38,335 bases of DNA, taken from positions 1 through 38,335 of the forward strand of contig JAADGS010000014.1 in NCBI GenBank assembly GCA_013152275.1. Reading direction: 5' to 3'. Shown here in pieces: positions 7,656 through 17,425 of the stretch (position 1 is its first letter; the number at the start of each line of letters is the position of its first letter). The translations under genes were made by a program, and so were the position numbers. The notes under the pieces were generated by a model. It worked only from the letters and a program-made list of their open reading frames with translations, did not search any database and was not told the origin of the DNA. The DNA comes from Actinomycetota bacterium. GTDB lineage: Bacteria > Actinomycetota > Acidimicrobiia > Spongiisociales > UBA4744.

Positions 7656-10250
7656 TCAGCCGCCCAGCTCATCGAGCTGAGATTGGAGCTTGTCCACCTT
7701 CTGGCGAAGCTCGTCTGCCTTGGCAAGCTCTTTCGCGACGATCTCGGCGGGTGCTTTGGAGCGGTAGTCCCCGTTGGCGAGCTTGGCCTCCGAACGTTCG
7801 AGATCCGCTCGAGCGGCAACAATCGACTTCTCGAGTCGAGCCCGCTCCGCTTCCACGTCGACAAGTCCGGCGAGGCGGATGAAACCCTGGATGGACCCGG
7901 CGACAATGCGGGTGAAACCGGCGGCGTCCGCTGGAGGATCGCCGAACTCAGGCTCGACGAACGCCAGTGCGCGCAGTTGCTCTTCCCACCATGTGCCCTC
8001 CAATCCATCCGAATCCACGACGGTCATGGCCATCGGCCTGCGAGGACCGAGCCCGTGCTCGGCACGGAAGCGTCGCACGCCGGTGACGAGTTCCTGGAGT
8101 GTCGCGATGCCGGCCGGGGCCTGATAGCGCGGGATGCGGGGCCATCTCGATCCCGCGAGGAGCTCATCTCTGCTCACGAGTTCGTTCCACAGCTCCTCGG
8201 TCACGAAGGGAATCACCGGGTGGAAGAGCTTGAGGAGATCACGCAGGACCACGCCGAGCGTCTGACGAGCCCCGGCGGCCCTGGCAGGGTCCCACAAGGG
8301 AGACTTGGCCATCTCCAGATACCAGTCGAACACCTCCGACCAGGCGAAGCTATACAGCAACGCGTACGCGTCGGAGAGCCGGTATTGGTCACACAGGGTG
8401 TCGAATCGTTCGGTCACTTCACCGAGTCGCGACAGTATCCAGCGATCGACTGGCGAAGGATCGTCGGGATAGCCGCCGTCCACGGGAACGTCACCGGTGT
8501 GCTGGAGACCGAACCGTATCGCATTCCACAGCTTGTTACCGAACTTGCGCGTGCCCTCGACCCATTCGATGTCGAATGGAACGTCATGTCCGGGCGCCGC
8601 CGCCTGGATCAGCGCGAGACGTAGAGAGTCGGCGCCGTGCTCCTCGACGATGTCGAGCGGATCGACGGCATTGCCGATCGATTTCGACATCTTGCAGCCG
8701 GAGGCGTCACGCACGAGTCCGTGGATGACGGTGTCGACGAACGGAACGTCACCCATGAAATGCAAACCCATCTGCATCATGCGGGCCACCCAGAAGTAGA
8801 TGATGTCGAACCCGGTGATCATCACCGCGTTCGGGTAGAAGCGCTCGAGGTCCTCGGTCTCATCCGGCCAGCCGAGTGTGGAGAACGGCCACAGCGCCGA
8901 GGAGAACCACGTGTCGAGCACGTCTTCGTCCTGGCGGAGGTCCCCCGATCCACACGGGCACACCGTCGGATCCTCGATGGCGACGATCGTCTCGCCACAG
9001 TCGTCGCAGTACCAGGCAGGGATCCGGTGGCCCCACCAGATCTGGCGGCTGATGCACCAGTCCCTCAGATTCTCCATCCAGTGGAAGTAGCTTTTCTCCC
9101 AGCGCTTCGGAAAGAAACGAGTCCTCCCCTCTCGCACGACATCGATGGCAGGGATCGTGAGCGGTCGCACCTTGACGAACCACTGGTCGGACAGATACGG
9201 CTCGATGACGGTGCCGCAGCGGTAGCAGTGGCCCACCGAGTGGGTGTGGTTTTCGATCCTCTCGACGGCGCCTGCCTTGTGGAGTTCGTGCTTGACCGCT
9301 TCACGAGCTTCGAATCGGTCCATCCCGTCGAACCGCAGGCCGGTGAACGCGACCATGGCACCCTCGTCGAGGATCTTTGGTGATTCGAGACCGTGCCGCC
9401 GGCCGATCTCGTAGTCGTTGGGGTCGTGAGCGGGCGTCACCTTGACGGCACCGGTCCCGAACTCGGGATCGACCGCCTCGTCGGCAATGATCGGGATCTC
9501 GCGACCCACGAGGGGCAGACGGACGGTGCGCCCCACATACGGCTGGTACCGGGCGTCGTCCGGATGCACGGCGACGGCCGTGTCCCCGAGCATCGTTTCC
9601 ACCCTGGTCGTCGCGACGGTGATACCGCCCGGTCCATCGGTGAACGGGTAGGTGACGTAGACGAGTTCACCCGGTTCGTCCTCATACTCGACTTCGATCT
9701 CCGCCAGAGCGGTACCACAGCGGGGGCACCAGTTGATGATCCGGTTCCCGCGGTAGATGAGGTCCTCTTCATAGAGACGTACGAACACTTCTCGCACGGC
9801 GCGCGAGAGGCCCTCGTCCATGGTGAACCGTTCCCGAGTCCAATCGACAGAGTCGCCGAGGCGGCGCATCTGGAGGCTGATCCGGTCGCCGTATTGGCGC
9901 TTCCAGGACCAGACCTGTTCGATGAACGCCTCCCTGCCGATGTCGTGGCGGGACAGGCCTTCGGCCGCGAGGTCCCGCTCGACGACGTTCTGGGTGGCGA
10001 TGCCCGCGTGGTCGGCACCGGGGAGCCAGAGAGTGGCATAGCCCTGCATGCGTTTGCGGCGCACGATCACGTCGTGAATCGAATGGTTGAGAGCATGCCC
10101 CATGTGCAGCTGGCCGGTCACATTGGGGGGTGGAATGACGACACAAAACGGTTCGCCGTCGGGATTGTGCTCAGGTCGAAAGACGCCGGACCGATCCCAA
10201 CGGTCGTACCAGCGCGACTCGACGGCCTTCGGATCGTACGTCGGTTGCAT
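7656..10250 (-). CDS. valS: Valine--tRNA ligase
   Basis: PPPNVTGQLHMGHA (HIGH), DWCISRQIWWGH, KMSKS and a C-terminal coiled coil; start placed at ATG 10250 (MQPTYDP). Confidence 0.97.
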   Translation of the reverse strand: MQPTYDPKAVESRWYDRWDRSGVFRPEHNPDGEPFCVVIPPPNVTGQLHMGHALNHSIHDVIVRRKRMQGYATLWLPGADHAGIATQNVVERDLAAEGLSRHDIGREAFIEQVWSWKRQYGDRISLQMRRLGDSVDWTRERFTMDEGLSRAVREVFVRLYEEDLIYRGNRIINWCPRCGTALAEIEVEYEDEPGELVYVTYPFTDGPGGITVATTRVETMLGDTAVAVHPDDARYQPYVGRTVRLPLVGREIPIIADEAVDPEFGTGAVKVTPAHDPNDYEIGRRHGLESPKILDEGAMVAFTGLRFDGMDRFEAREAVKHELHKAGAVERIENHTHSVGHCYRCGTVIEPYLSDQWFVKVRPLTIPAIDVVREGRTRFFPKRWEKSYFHWMENLRDWCISRQIWWGHRIPAWYCDDCGETIVAIEDPTVCPCGSGDLRQDEDVLDTWFSSALWPFSTLGWPDETEDLERFYPNAVMITGFDIIYFWVARMMQMGLHFMGDVPFVDTVIHGLVRDASGCKMSKSIGNAVDPLDIVEEHGADSLRLALIQAAAPGHDVPFDIEWVEGTRKFGNKLWNAIRFGLQHTGDVPVDGGYPDDPSPVDRWILSRLGEVTERFDTLCDQYRLSDAYALLYSFAWSEVFDWYLEMAKSPLWDPARAAGARQTLGVVLRDLLKLFHPVIPFVTEELWNELVSRDELLAGSRWPRIPRYQAPAGIATLQELVTGVRRFRAEHGLGPRRPMAMTVVDSDGLEGTWWEEQLRALAFVEPEFGDPPADAAGFTRIVAGSIQGFIRLAGLVDVEAERARLEKSIVAARADLERSEAKLANGDYRSKAPAEIVAKELAKADELRQKVDKLQSQLDELGG

Positions 10251-10417
10251 CGCGCTCTTCTTGCATGGTGGACGACATGCTAGCGCCTCGGCAGGCAGCC
10301 TCTGCGACGTTCCGTCGGCCAGGAACTCACCTCGCGACGCTCCCCGTCTCGACACACCGTGGCGGGTGCTCCTTCATCTGGCGGTCTTGCAGCCGACGTC
10401 GGGCTGCCCCATGCCAC

Positions 10418-10447
10418 AAAGAGGCCCCGGCCGGCGGCCGGGGCCTC
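10418..10447 (-). terminator. Probable intrinsic terminator after surface protein gene 1
   Basis: 12-bp GC stem GAGGCCCCGGCC / GGCCGGGGCCTC followed by TTTGT on the minus strand, ~30 nt after the stop at 10478. Confidence 0.7.
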
Positions 10448-10477
10448 AACCTCCCACATTGTCGTCTGGACGGGGTG

Positions 10478-11758
10478 TCAATCGAGTCGACGTGCCGCGC
10501 CGGCCTCCACCACAGGTTCTTCCTTCTTCCGGAATGCCAGTGTCACAAGGCCACCGAGCAGCAGCAACGCAGCGCCGATACCACCTGCGGTGGTCCCCGA
10601 CGCTCCGGTGAACGGCAAGGTCTCTGTCGTCGGCGAGGTCGTGACCGTCGTCGCCGGACGCGTGACCGTCGTCGGTGAGACCGACGCCCTCACGACGCCG
10701 GCGTCCCACGTCAAGTCGTTCTGGCCCGCTGCCAGTGTGATCACGCCCGTCCGTCCGGTCGTGCGATCTGCATCACTGCCTGTCGAAACCGTCCCCTTGC
10801 CAACGATCGTGAACCCGCCGAAGCCAGGTACGCCGCCAAGGCCGTCGGGAATGACGAACTCGACCACATAGGTACCTGCCGCGAGGTCCGTGAACAGGTA
10901 GTTGCCGCCGGCGTCGGTCACCGTGGTGTCCAACTTCGTCGTGCCGGTGCCGTCATACAGATTCACGATCACCCCGGCTATTCCCGACTCTCCCGAACCC
11001 TGAATCCCATCCTCGTCCGGTTCGACCCCGTCGTACCAGACGAAGTCACCGATAGAGCCAAGAAGCGGTGGGCACTCACCAACGGTGAACCTGCCCGACG
11101 TCCGCCCAACCAGCGAGAAACCAGGCGCAGCCGACGCCACCCACGTATACGAACCAGGATCGAGCGTGAACGCATCACCGGAACCGGTAGCCACATACGA
11201 GCCACCAGGCCCCGTAATCGTCACCATCGCACCAGACGTCGGAGCAATCACCACCTTCACAGGGGCCTCCGACGACTCACCATTCCACGAACACGACCCG
11301 GCCGAAACCGTCACCGACGCATCCGTCGGCGGCCGTTGGCATCCGGTGTCGTCGAGTTGGCTCAGGTCGATCGACAGCGATCTGGAAACATGTTGCGGGC
11401 CCCCGTCAGACCAATCTGCTTTCACGGTCAAGGTCTTGACGCCCGAATCGGAGAGCGAATACGAAACCGTGTCGGATTCGGTCGCATTCGGTCCGAGCAC
11501 GAGTCCATGTTTGATGTCTGTCAGCAGACTGTCCGAGTAGGTGACCTGGTCGACGGTCATGACGCGCCCGGACCAGTTCCCGTTCGCCACCGTCCAGGTG
11601 ATCTCCCACTCTCCCGACTCCGCGGAGCAGCCGGCATCGACAGACAGAATCGGATGGTGCGCCGATGCCGCCGGTGCGAAGTACCCGATGAGGGGCACCA
11701 CCAAGACAACAACGAGGATTGCTCGCAGTGCCTGTCCAGCCCAAGTGTGATCTCTCAT
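10478..11758 (-). CDS. Sortase-anchored (LPFTG) surface protein with SdrD B-like domain, paralog 1
   Basis: Signal peptide (..APAASA|HH), beta-rich domains, GSIGDFVWYD..DGIQ..GE.GIAGVIVNL..GNYLFTDL..GTYVVEF (SdrD B-like), Thr-rich linker, LPFTG + TM + RKK tail. ATG 11758 with GAGGAGG SD. Confidence 0.85.
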   Translation of the reverse strand: MRDHTWAGQALRAILVVVLVVPLIGYFAPAASAHHPILSVDAGCSAESGEWEITWTVANGNWSGRVMTVDQVTYSDSLLTDIKHGLVLGPNATESDTVSYSLSDSGVKTLTVKADWSDGGPQHVSRSLSIDLSQLDDTGCQRPPTDASVTVSAGSCSWNGESSEAPVKVVIAPTSGAMVTITGPGGSYVATGSGDAFTLDPGSYTWVASAAPGFSLVGRTSGRFTVGECPPLLGSIGDFVWYDGVEPDEDGIQGSGESGIAGVIVNLYDGTGTTKLDTTVTDAGGNYLFTDLAAGTYVVEFVIPDGLGGVPGFGGFTIVGKGTVSTGSDADRTTGRTGVITLAAGQNDLTWDAGVVRASVSPTTVTRPATTVTTSPTTETLPFTGASGTTAGGIGAALLLLGGLVTLAFRKKEEPVVEAGAARRLD

Positions 11759-11780
11759 TTTCCGCCTCCTCGTCAAGGGG

Positions 11781-11853
11781 GCGGGCCGGTCTCACCACTG
11801 GCTCACTTCGATCCTTGGTGACCGCGTACAGATCGAAGTTCAACGCCTCCCGT
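11781..11853 (-). ncRNA. c-di-GMP-II-type riboswitch (GAG-like variant), copy 1
   Basis: Minus strand CGGGAGGCGTTGAA-CTTCGATC..CGGTCACCAAG-GATCGAAG-TGAGCCAGTGGTGAGACCGGCCCG matches class II architecture (P1, kink-turn GA motifs, P3, pseudoknot TCACCA/TGGTGA); sits directly before the SD. Confidence 0.85.
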
Positions 11854-11889
11854 TATTGGCCCCTGACCACAATGTGTGGTTATGAAGTC

Positions 11890-11918
11890 ATGATATACCA
11901 CTGCACGCGGTCTTTCAA
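11890..11918 (-). promoter_or_regulatory. Sigma70-type promoter
   Basis: TTGAAA (11918-11913), 17 nt, TATCAT (11895-11890); same position and same -35 as the paralogous promoter at 13670-13698. Confidence 0.75.
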
Positions 11919-12037
11919 CCACTATTTGTGCTGTCTCGTCCACGCTGCGTGTTGCACACGCCTGCCTGACAAGACGGACCTCCCCAACGGTCGTCGCCGA
12001 CGTCTCCGTCTCGATACCGCCCCACCGCGCAACCAGC

Positions 12038-12065
12038 GAGGGCCTCGGCAAAAGCCGAGGCCCTC
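12038..12065 (-). terminator. Hairpin, probable terminator after surface protein gene 2
   Basis: Perfect 12-bp stem GAGGGCCTCGGC-AAAA-GCCGAGGCCCTC ~20 nt after the stop at 12088; no strong U tract. Confidence 0.6.
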
Positions 12066-12087
12066 TGATGACGATACGCCGGTACGG

Positions 12088-13536
12088 CTACTCGGCGTCG
12101 TTACGGATTACCACCAGATCGTCCTCCTTGCCACGAACCGCCAGCAGAACGAGCCCCCCGAGCAGGACCAGGCCTACCGCCGCTCCCCCAAGGCCGCTGG
12201 AGGATGCACCGGTGAATGGCAGTGTCTCGGTGGTCGGGCGCACTGCGGTCGTCGGTTCTACTTCGGTCGTGCGGTGTATGCCTGCATCGACCGTCAGATC
12301 GCTCACCCCCGCGCCAAGCGAAATGATGCCGCTGCGTCCATTCGCTCCCGCATCGCTGTCGATCGTGTCGTCCGATCCTTGATCCGCAGCCGAGAACTCC
12401 CACGTTTCTGCCGGAAGCACGAACTCGACGATGTAGTCGCCGGCCAGAAGCCCGCTAAAGCCGTAGTGCCCGTCGGAATCTGTTGTCGTCGACTCCAGCT
12501 GTGCACCACTGCCATCCAGCAGGTTCACCGTGGCTCCTGCGATTCCGATTTCACCGGCATCCTGCAGACCGTTGGTGTTCGCGTCGTTCCACACGAAGTC
12601 GCCAATGGTTCCGGCTTGAGGCGCCGTCGTCGTCGTGGTGGGCGGCGCCGTGGTCGTCGTGGTCGTCGGCGCCGTGGTCGTCGTGGTCGTCGGCGCCGTC
12701 GTCGTCGTGGTTGTCGACGCCGTGAACGTGTTCGTGAACACGCAGGTCACCGACTCCCCTTCGGCCAAGTCGATCTGTGCCGGATCAGACCCGTCCGAAC
12801 ACGCCGTGGAGGTGAGCTCCCATCCCGGGGGCAGCACGGTTTCCTTCACGTCATAGATCCCGGCAGGTAGGCCGTCGAACGTGGTCGAGGCCACCCCCGA
12901 CGCCGTGGTCATACTGAAGTCCGTGTCGTCCAGAGTCTCCGAAGAGAACGAGAACGTTCCGTTACCGTTGATCGCGTTCTTCAGGATCTTGATCGAGCCG
13001 GTCGCCGCCTCCGGCACGGGAACGAACGCTGCGCAGACCGGGTGAATCGAGTTCGCATAGGTCTGGGCATCACCGGGAGTGGGCCAGAACGCGTGACGCG
13101 CCCAAAGCTCGGTGAGGTCCGGAACGAGCGTGTCTGCGTTCACCTGCTGCGAAAGGAAGTCCACATCGTTCGGCAGGTCGGCGATGATGCCTGAAAGGAA
13201 CGAGGGGGTGGCTCCAGAGACCATCGAACGATCGGCGAGCTGCCACTGCTCATGTGCCTGCACCTGAGGCGACGTGCCATCGTGGGGATCATACGAGTAC
13301 AGGTAGATGTCGTACCGTCCCGCCGGAATCGATACGGCGACCGGCCCGGTCTCGGCATCCGCCTTGGTGAGGTCGGAACGAATCATGTGCGCGCCCAGAT
13401 CGACGATGGTTCCTTGTGTGAACGGGCACGTCAAATCCGGCTCGGCCGTCTGCCCCCATGCAGGAATTGCCAGAAGCCCGACCAAGAGCGCCATCGTGGC
13501 GACCGCGGCACCCCACCTCAATAGACCCTTTTTCAT
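12088..13536 (-). CDS. Sortase-anchored (LPFTG) surface protein with prealbumin/SpaA-like and SdrD B-like domains, paralog 2
   Basis: Signal peptide, GSIKILK..YDVKET..PGWEL..C..VTCVFTN (pilin/prealbumin-like fold), Thr-rich stalk, GTIGDFVWNDANTNGLQD (SdrD B-like), LPFTG + TM + RGK; AAGGAGG SD. Confidence 0.85.
   Translation of the reverse strand: MKKGLLRWGAAVATMALLVGLLAIPAWGQTAEPDLTCPFTQGTIVDLGAHMIRSDLTKADAETGPVAVSIPAGRYDIYLYSYDPHDGTSPQVQAHEQWQLADRSMVSGATPSFLSGIIADLPNDVDFLSQQVNADTLVPDLTELWARHAFWPTPGDAQTYANSIHPVCAAFVPVPEAATGSIKILKNAINGNGTFSFSSETLDDTDFSMTTASGVASTTFDGLPAGIYDVKETVLPPGWELTSTACSDGSDPAQIDLAEGESVTCVFTNTFTASTTTTTTAPTTTTTTAPTTTTTTAPPTTTTTAPQAGTIGDFVWNDANTNGLQDAGEIGIAGATVNLLDGSGAQLESTTTDSDGHYGFSGLLAGDYIVEFVLPAETWEFSAADQGSDDTIDSDAGANGRSGIISLGAGVSDLTVDAGIHRTTEVEPTTAVRPTTETLPFTGASSSGLGGAAVGLVLLGGLVLLAVRGKEDDLVVIRNDAE
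12620..12715. repeat. Intragenic 24-bp tandem repeat (x4) encoding a Thr-rich (TTTTTTAP-like) stalk
   Basis: GGCGCC recurs at 12620, 12644, 12668 and 12692. Confidence 0.85.
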
Positions 13537-13558
13537 TTCCGCCTCCTTGCCATGAGGG

Positions 13559-13632
13559 GCGGGCCGGTCTCACCACTAGCTCACTTCGGTTCTTGGTGAC
13601 CGTATTACGAACCGAAGGTCATCGCCTCCCAT
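13559..13632 (-). ncRNA. c-di-GMP-II-type riboswitch (GAG-like variant), copy 2
   Basis: Minus strand GGGAGGCGATGAC-CTTCGGTTC..CGGTCACCAA-GAACCGAAG-TGAGCTAGTGGTGAGACCGGCCC; stem P3 differs from copy 1 while keeping its pairing. Confidence 0.87.
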
Positions 13633-13669
13633 TTACTAACCCCCGACCACTAATTGTGGCCGTACGACC

Positions 13670-13698
13670 ATTCTATGTCACCCATCGCGCGATTTCAA
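13670..13698 (-). promoter_or_regulatory. Sigma70-type promoter
   Basis: TTGAAA (13698-13693), 17 nt, TAGAAT (13675-13670). Confidence 0.8.
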
Positions 13699-13772
13699 CC
13701 ACCAAATCGCGCCACGGGGCACATCAAGATTACGGACTTGCCACAGGGCGTGGAATAGGTCCCGCGACCCGT

Positions 13773-15041
13773 TCAAGCGGAACGTTCGGTCGTGTCCGAG
13801 TCGAGTTCGGTCAGCGGCACCAGCGTCGGGTTGACACGTTCTGCGACAACATCCCCGTTGATCAGCACGCGGCCGACATCCTTGCGCGATGGCAGGTCGT
13901 ACATCGTGTTGAGGAGCACTTCTTCCATGATGGCCCGCAGACCTCGTGCTCCCGTGTTGCGTTTGAGTGCCTGGTCGGCGATCGCCACGAGTGCATCGTC
14001 GGTGAACTCCAACTCGACGTCGTCCAGCTCGAAGAACCGGGTGTACTGGCGCACCAGCGCGTTCTTCGGTGCTTTGAGGATCTCGATCAGCGAGCTCTTG
14101 TCCAGGTCGTCCACCGTCGCGACCACGGGAAGTCGTCCGACGAACTCGGGGATCAAACCGAACTTGATGAGGTCTTCGGGCAAGACCTTCCCGAGAAGTT
14201 CGGAGGCCCGATGCTCATCACGAGTACGGATGTCGGCGCCGAAACCGACCGCCCTGTTCCCGACCCGACTTCCGATCAGATCTTCGAGGCCCGCAAAGGC
14301 ACCGGCAACGATGAACAACACATTCGTCGTGTCGATCTGGATGAACTCCTGGTGCGGATGCTTGCGGCCACCTTGGGGCGGAACCGACGCCACGGTTCCT
14401 TCGAGGATCTTCAACAGCGCCTGTTGGACTCCCTCACCGGACACGTCGCGAGTGATCGAGGGATTCTCCGACTTGCGGGCGATCTTGTCGATCTCGTCGA
14501 TGTAGATGATCCCCTGCTCCGCCTTCTTGACGTCGAAGTCTGCCGCCTGAATCAGCTTGAGGAGGATGTTCTCGACATCCTCGCCCACGTACCCGGCCTC
14601 GGTGAGCGCGGTGGCGTCGGCGAGTGCGAACGGGACGTTGAGGAGTCTGGCGAGCGTCTGGGCGAGCAGCGTCTTGCCGCAACCGGTCGGTCCGATCAGC
14701 AGAATGTTCGACTTCTGCAGTTCGACATCCTCTTTGTTCTCATTGCCGGCCTGTACCCGCTTGTAGTGGTTGTAGACGGCGACCGACAAGACTTTCTTGG
14801 CGCGATCCTGCCCGACGACGTAATCGTCGAGGAACTCGTAGATCTCGTGTGGTGTCGGCAGTTCGGTGATCCCGACGGTTTCCTGCTCGGTGAATTCCTC
14901 GGCGATGATCTCGTTGCACAACTCGATGCATTCATCGCAGATGTACACGCCAGGCCCCGCGATCAACTTGCGGACCTGCTTCTGTGATTTGCCGCAGAAG
15001 CTGCACTTCAAGAGTTCGCCGCCTTCACCGAACTTCGCCAT
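13773..15041 (-). CDS. clpX: ATP-dependent Clp protease ATP-binding subunit ClpX
   Basis: CSFCGK zinc finger, GPTGCGKT Walker A, IDEIDK Walker [11 protein letters not shown]. Confidence 0.98.
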   Translation of the reverse strand: MAKFGEGGELLKCSFCGKSQKQVRKLIAGPGVYICDECIELCNEIIAEEFTEQETVGITELPTPHEIYEFLDDYVVGQDRAKKVLSVAVYNHYKRVQAGNENKEDVELQKSNILLIGPTGCGKTLLAQTLARLLNVPFALADATALTEAGYVGEDVENILLKLIQAADFDVKKAEQGIIYIDEIDKIARKSENPSITRDVSGEGVQQALLKILEGTVASVPPQGGRKHPHQEFIQIDTTNVLFIVAGAFAGLEDLIGSRVGNRAVGFGADIRTRDEHRASELLGKVLPEDLIKFGLIPEFVGRLPVVATVDDLDKSSLIEILKAPKNALVRQYTRFFELDDVELEFTDDALVAIADQALKRNTGARGLRAIMEEVLLNTMYDLPSRKDVGRVLINGDVVAERVNPTLVPLTELDSDTTERSA

Positions 15042-15658
15042 TACGCCCCCGTCACCGCGGCGAGCTCTCGCCGCGAGAGAATGTCGTCGATGATCCCGTA
15101 TGCCTTCGCTTCCTCGGCGAGCATCCAGAAATCCCGCTCCGTATCCTCGGACACCTTCTCCATGGTCTGGCCGGTGTGTTCGGCGAGAATCTCATTGAGC
15201 TGCTCACGCATCTGCATGATGAGTCGAGCCTGGATCTCGATGTCGGACGCCTGACCCTGGGCGCCGCCAGACGGCTGGTGCAGCATCACGCGGGCGTGTG
15301 GCAGCGCGAACCGCTTGCCCTTTTCTCCACCGGCGAGGATCACCGCCGAGGCCGAGGCCGCCATGCCCATACACACGGTCGTGACGGCCGGCTTGATGTA
15401 TTGCATCGTGTCGTAGATCGCGAACAGTGATGTGATCGAGCCGCCGGGAGAGTTGATATAGAGATAGACGTCTTTGTCGGGATCTTCGCTCTCCAGGTGC
15501 AACAACTGCGCCATGATGAGGTTGGCGACCGTGTCATCGATGGGAGTACCGAGGAAGACGATCCGATCTTTCAGCAACCGGCTGTAGATGTCGAACGCGC
15601 GCTCACCACGACTTGTCGATTCGACGACCGTTGGGACGATGTAGTTCTCGGCATTCAT
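15041..15658 (-). CDS. clpP: ATP-dependent Clp protease proteolytic subunit
   Basis: [27 protein letters not shown] (catalytic Ser), MLHQP. Confidence 0.98.
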   Translation of the reverse strand: MNAENYIVPTVVESTSRGERAFDIYSRLLKDRIVFLGTPIDDTVANLIMAQLLHLESEDPDKDVYLYINSPGGSITSLFAIYDTMQYIKPAVTTVCMGMAASASAVILAGGEKGKRFALPHARVMLHQPSGGAQGQASDIEIQARLIMQMREQLNEILAEHTGQTMEKVSEDTERDFWMLAEEAKAYGIIDDILSRRELAAVTGA

Positions 15659-17004
15659 TCCGTCTCCTCTGCCGGTTGATCGTCGCCCTTCGTTCCTTCG
15701 GCGATCAGGACGATCCGGCTTCCATTCTCGTCGATCGGGACCGCTGCATCCGCGAGTGCCTCGAGCGTCTTGCGGCGCAGGATATCACTGCGCACGCGAT
15801 TCTCTTGTTCACCAAACTCTGCGCGGAACTCTTCCGGCTCCCGACCTGCCTGTTGGGCGAGAGAATCCATCACCTCGGCGAGTTCCTCCTCGGTCACCTC
15901 GATACCTTCTGCCTCGGCGATCGCGTTGAGCAGGATGTCGGTGCGCACGTTGCGATCGGCCCGGCTGCGAAGGTCGTCGACGAACACCTCCTGGTCCTGG
16001 CCGGTGACCCGAAGGTAGTCGGCCAGTGAGATTCCTTGTTCTTCGAGCTCATGAGCGAAACGGTGCAGGATGGCGTCCATCTCGGCTCCGATGATCCCTT
16101 CGGGAATCTCGAGTTCCATCTCTTCGAGAAGCTGCCCCAGGATGCCGTTGCGAAGCTGCGCGACCGAAGCGGCGCGTTTGGCCTCTGTCATCCGTCGCTC
16201 CAAATCGCTGCGCATCTCCTCCACCGTCTCGAACTCGGTGACATCGGAGACCCACTCGTCCGTCAGGTCGGGCAGTCGCTTCTCCTTGACCTCCTTGACG
16301 AGGACCCGAAAGGTGACCTGCTCACCGACCCTGTCTCCGAAACCGGCGGGAAGTGGACCGTCGAACGCGACGATGTCACCGGCCTTCTTGCCGATGAGAT
16401 GCTCGTCGATGCCCTCGATGAACGACCCGGACCCCGCTTCGAGGAGCAGGTCGGTGGCCGTTGCGTCCTCGACCGGCTCGCCGTCGAGGAGGGCACTCAG
16501 ATCGATCGCAACGAAGTCGCCCTCGACGACTGGACGGTCGACCGTCTCCAGTTCGGAGAACTGATCGCGCATCCGATCGATCTGAGACCGCAGCTCTTCC
16601 TCTTCGACGTCGGGCACGTTCACCTCGACCTCACGGTCACGAAACTCCGGGACCGTGTCGAGCTCTGGCCAGAGCGTCACCCTGACGTGCACCTCGACGC
16701 CGTCGTCGATGTCGACGATCTCGTCGACACTCGGATTCAGCGCAGGGACGAGTCCGCTCTCGTTGAGCGCTTCGGCGATCAACGCGGGAAGGAGGTCGTC
16801 GATCGCGTCACTTCGGAGTCGATCCCCACCGACCACGGTTTCGACGACTCTTCGAGGCGCGCGGCCGGGTCGGAACCCCTTGATCTTGACTTCGTGCGAC
16901 AGCTTGCGCGCCGCCCGGTTCTCCGCTGCAAGCAGCGCCTCGCCGGTGACCTCGACGGTCAGCAGCTTCTCGAATGGACCTGCGTCCGTGATCTTGGTAT
17001 TCAA
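15655..17004 (-). CDS. tig: Trigger factor
   Basis: GFRPGRAP ribosome-binding motif, FKBP-like middle domain, tig-clpP-clpX synteny. Confidence 0.95.
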   Translation of the reverse strand: MNTKITDAGPFEKLLTVEVTGEALLAAENRAARKLSHEVKIKGFRPGRAPRRVVETVVGGDRLRSDAIDDLLPALIAEALNESGLVPALNPSVDEIVDIDDGVEVHVRVTLWPELDTVPEFRDREVEVNVPDVEEEELRSQIDRMRDQFSELETVDRPVVEGDFVAIDLSALLDGEPVEDATATDLLLEAGSGSFIEGIDEHLIGKKAGDIVAFDGPLPAGFGDRVGEQVTFRVLVKEVKEKRLPDLTDEWVSDVTEFETVEEMRSDLERRMTEAKRAASVAQLRNGILGQLLEEMELEIPEGIIGAEMDAILHRFAHELEEQGISLADYLRVTGQDQEVFVDDLRSRADRNVRTDILLNAIAEAEGIEVTEEELAEVMDSLAQQAGREPEEFRAEFGEQENRVRSDILRRKTLEALADAAVPIDENGSRIVLIAEGTKGDDQPAEETE

Positions 17005-17055
17005 CCTCGTTACCTCGCTTTACAGGGAAGACGGCGCGCCGACGCCGCCTCTTCA

Positions 17056-17131
17056 GGGTGGCCGACGGGTTTCGAACCCGCGACCTCCGGGACCACAACC
17101 CGGCGCTCTATCCAACTGAGCTACGGCCACC
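17056..17131 (-). tRNA. tRNA-His (GTG)
   Basis: GGTGGCCGTAGCTCAGTTGGATAGAGC..TT-GTG-GT..GGTTCGAAACCCGTCGGCCACC; G-1 present. Confidence 0.96.
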
Positions 17132-17150
17132 ATGTGCGAACCGAACCCGG

Positions 17151-17223
17151 CGCCCCCGGGAGGATTCGAACCCCCGACCAAGAGCTTAGAAGGCTCCTGC
17201 TCTGTCCTCTGAGCTACGGGGGC
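17151..17223 (-). tRNA. tRNA-Arg (TCT)
   Basis: GCCCCCGTAGCTCAG..CT-TCT-AA..GGTTCGAATCC..CGGGGGCG cloverleaf. Confidence 0.96.
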
Positions 17224-17247
17224 AGATTCCATTCGGTCGGTCCGCAG

Positions 17248-17318
17248 AGCGGGTGAAGGGAATCGAACCCTCATGACCAGCTTGGAAGGCTGGGGCTCTA
17301 CCATTGAGCTACACCCGC
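17248..17318 (-). tRNA. tRNA-Gly (TCC)
   Basis: GCGGGTGTAGCTCAATGGTAGAGC..CT-TCC-AA..GGTTCGATTCC..CACCCGCT. Confidence 0.96.
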
Positions 17319-17351
17319 GTCGGCCGCAGGATAGTGCGGCCTCCGCGTACG

Positions 17352-17425
17352 TCGGGCTGGCCGGATTTGAACCGGCGACCCCCTGCTCCCAAAGCAGGTG
17401 CGCTGCCAAACTGCGCCACAGCCCG
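17352..17425 (-). tRNA. tRNA-Pro (TGG)
   Basis: CGGGCTGTGGCGCAGTTTGGCAGCGC..TT-TGG-GA..GGTTCAAATCC..CAGCCCGA. Confidence 0.96.

Noticed and set aside
6735..8624. Long plus-strand ORF (629 aa) and similar long antisense ORFs (e.g. 13458-14987, 16036-17256, 31599-33155, 37098-38063)
   Set aside because: Shadow frames opposite well-supported genes, expected in high-GC DNA; no recognisable motifs.
10251..10420. T-box leader upstream of valS
   Set aside because: No T-box consensus (AAnnnGGGTGGnACC-like) or specifier stem could be identified.
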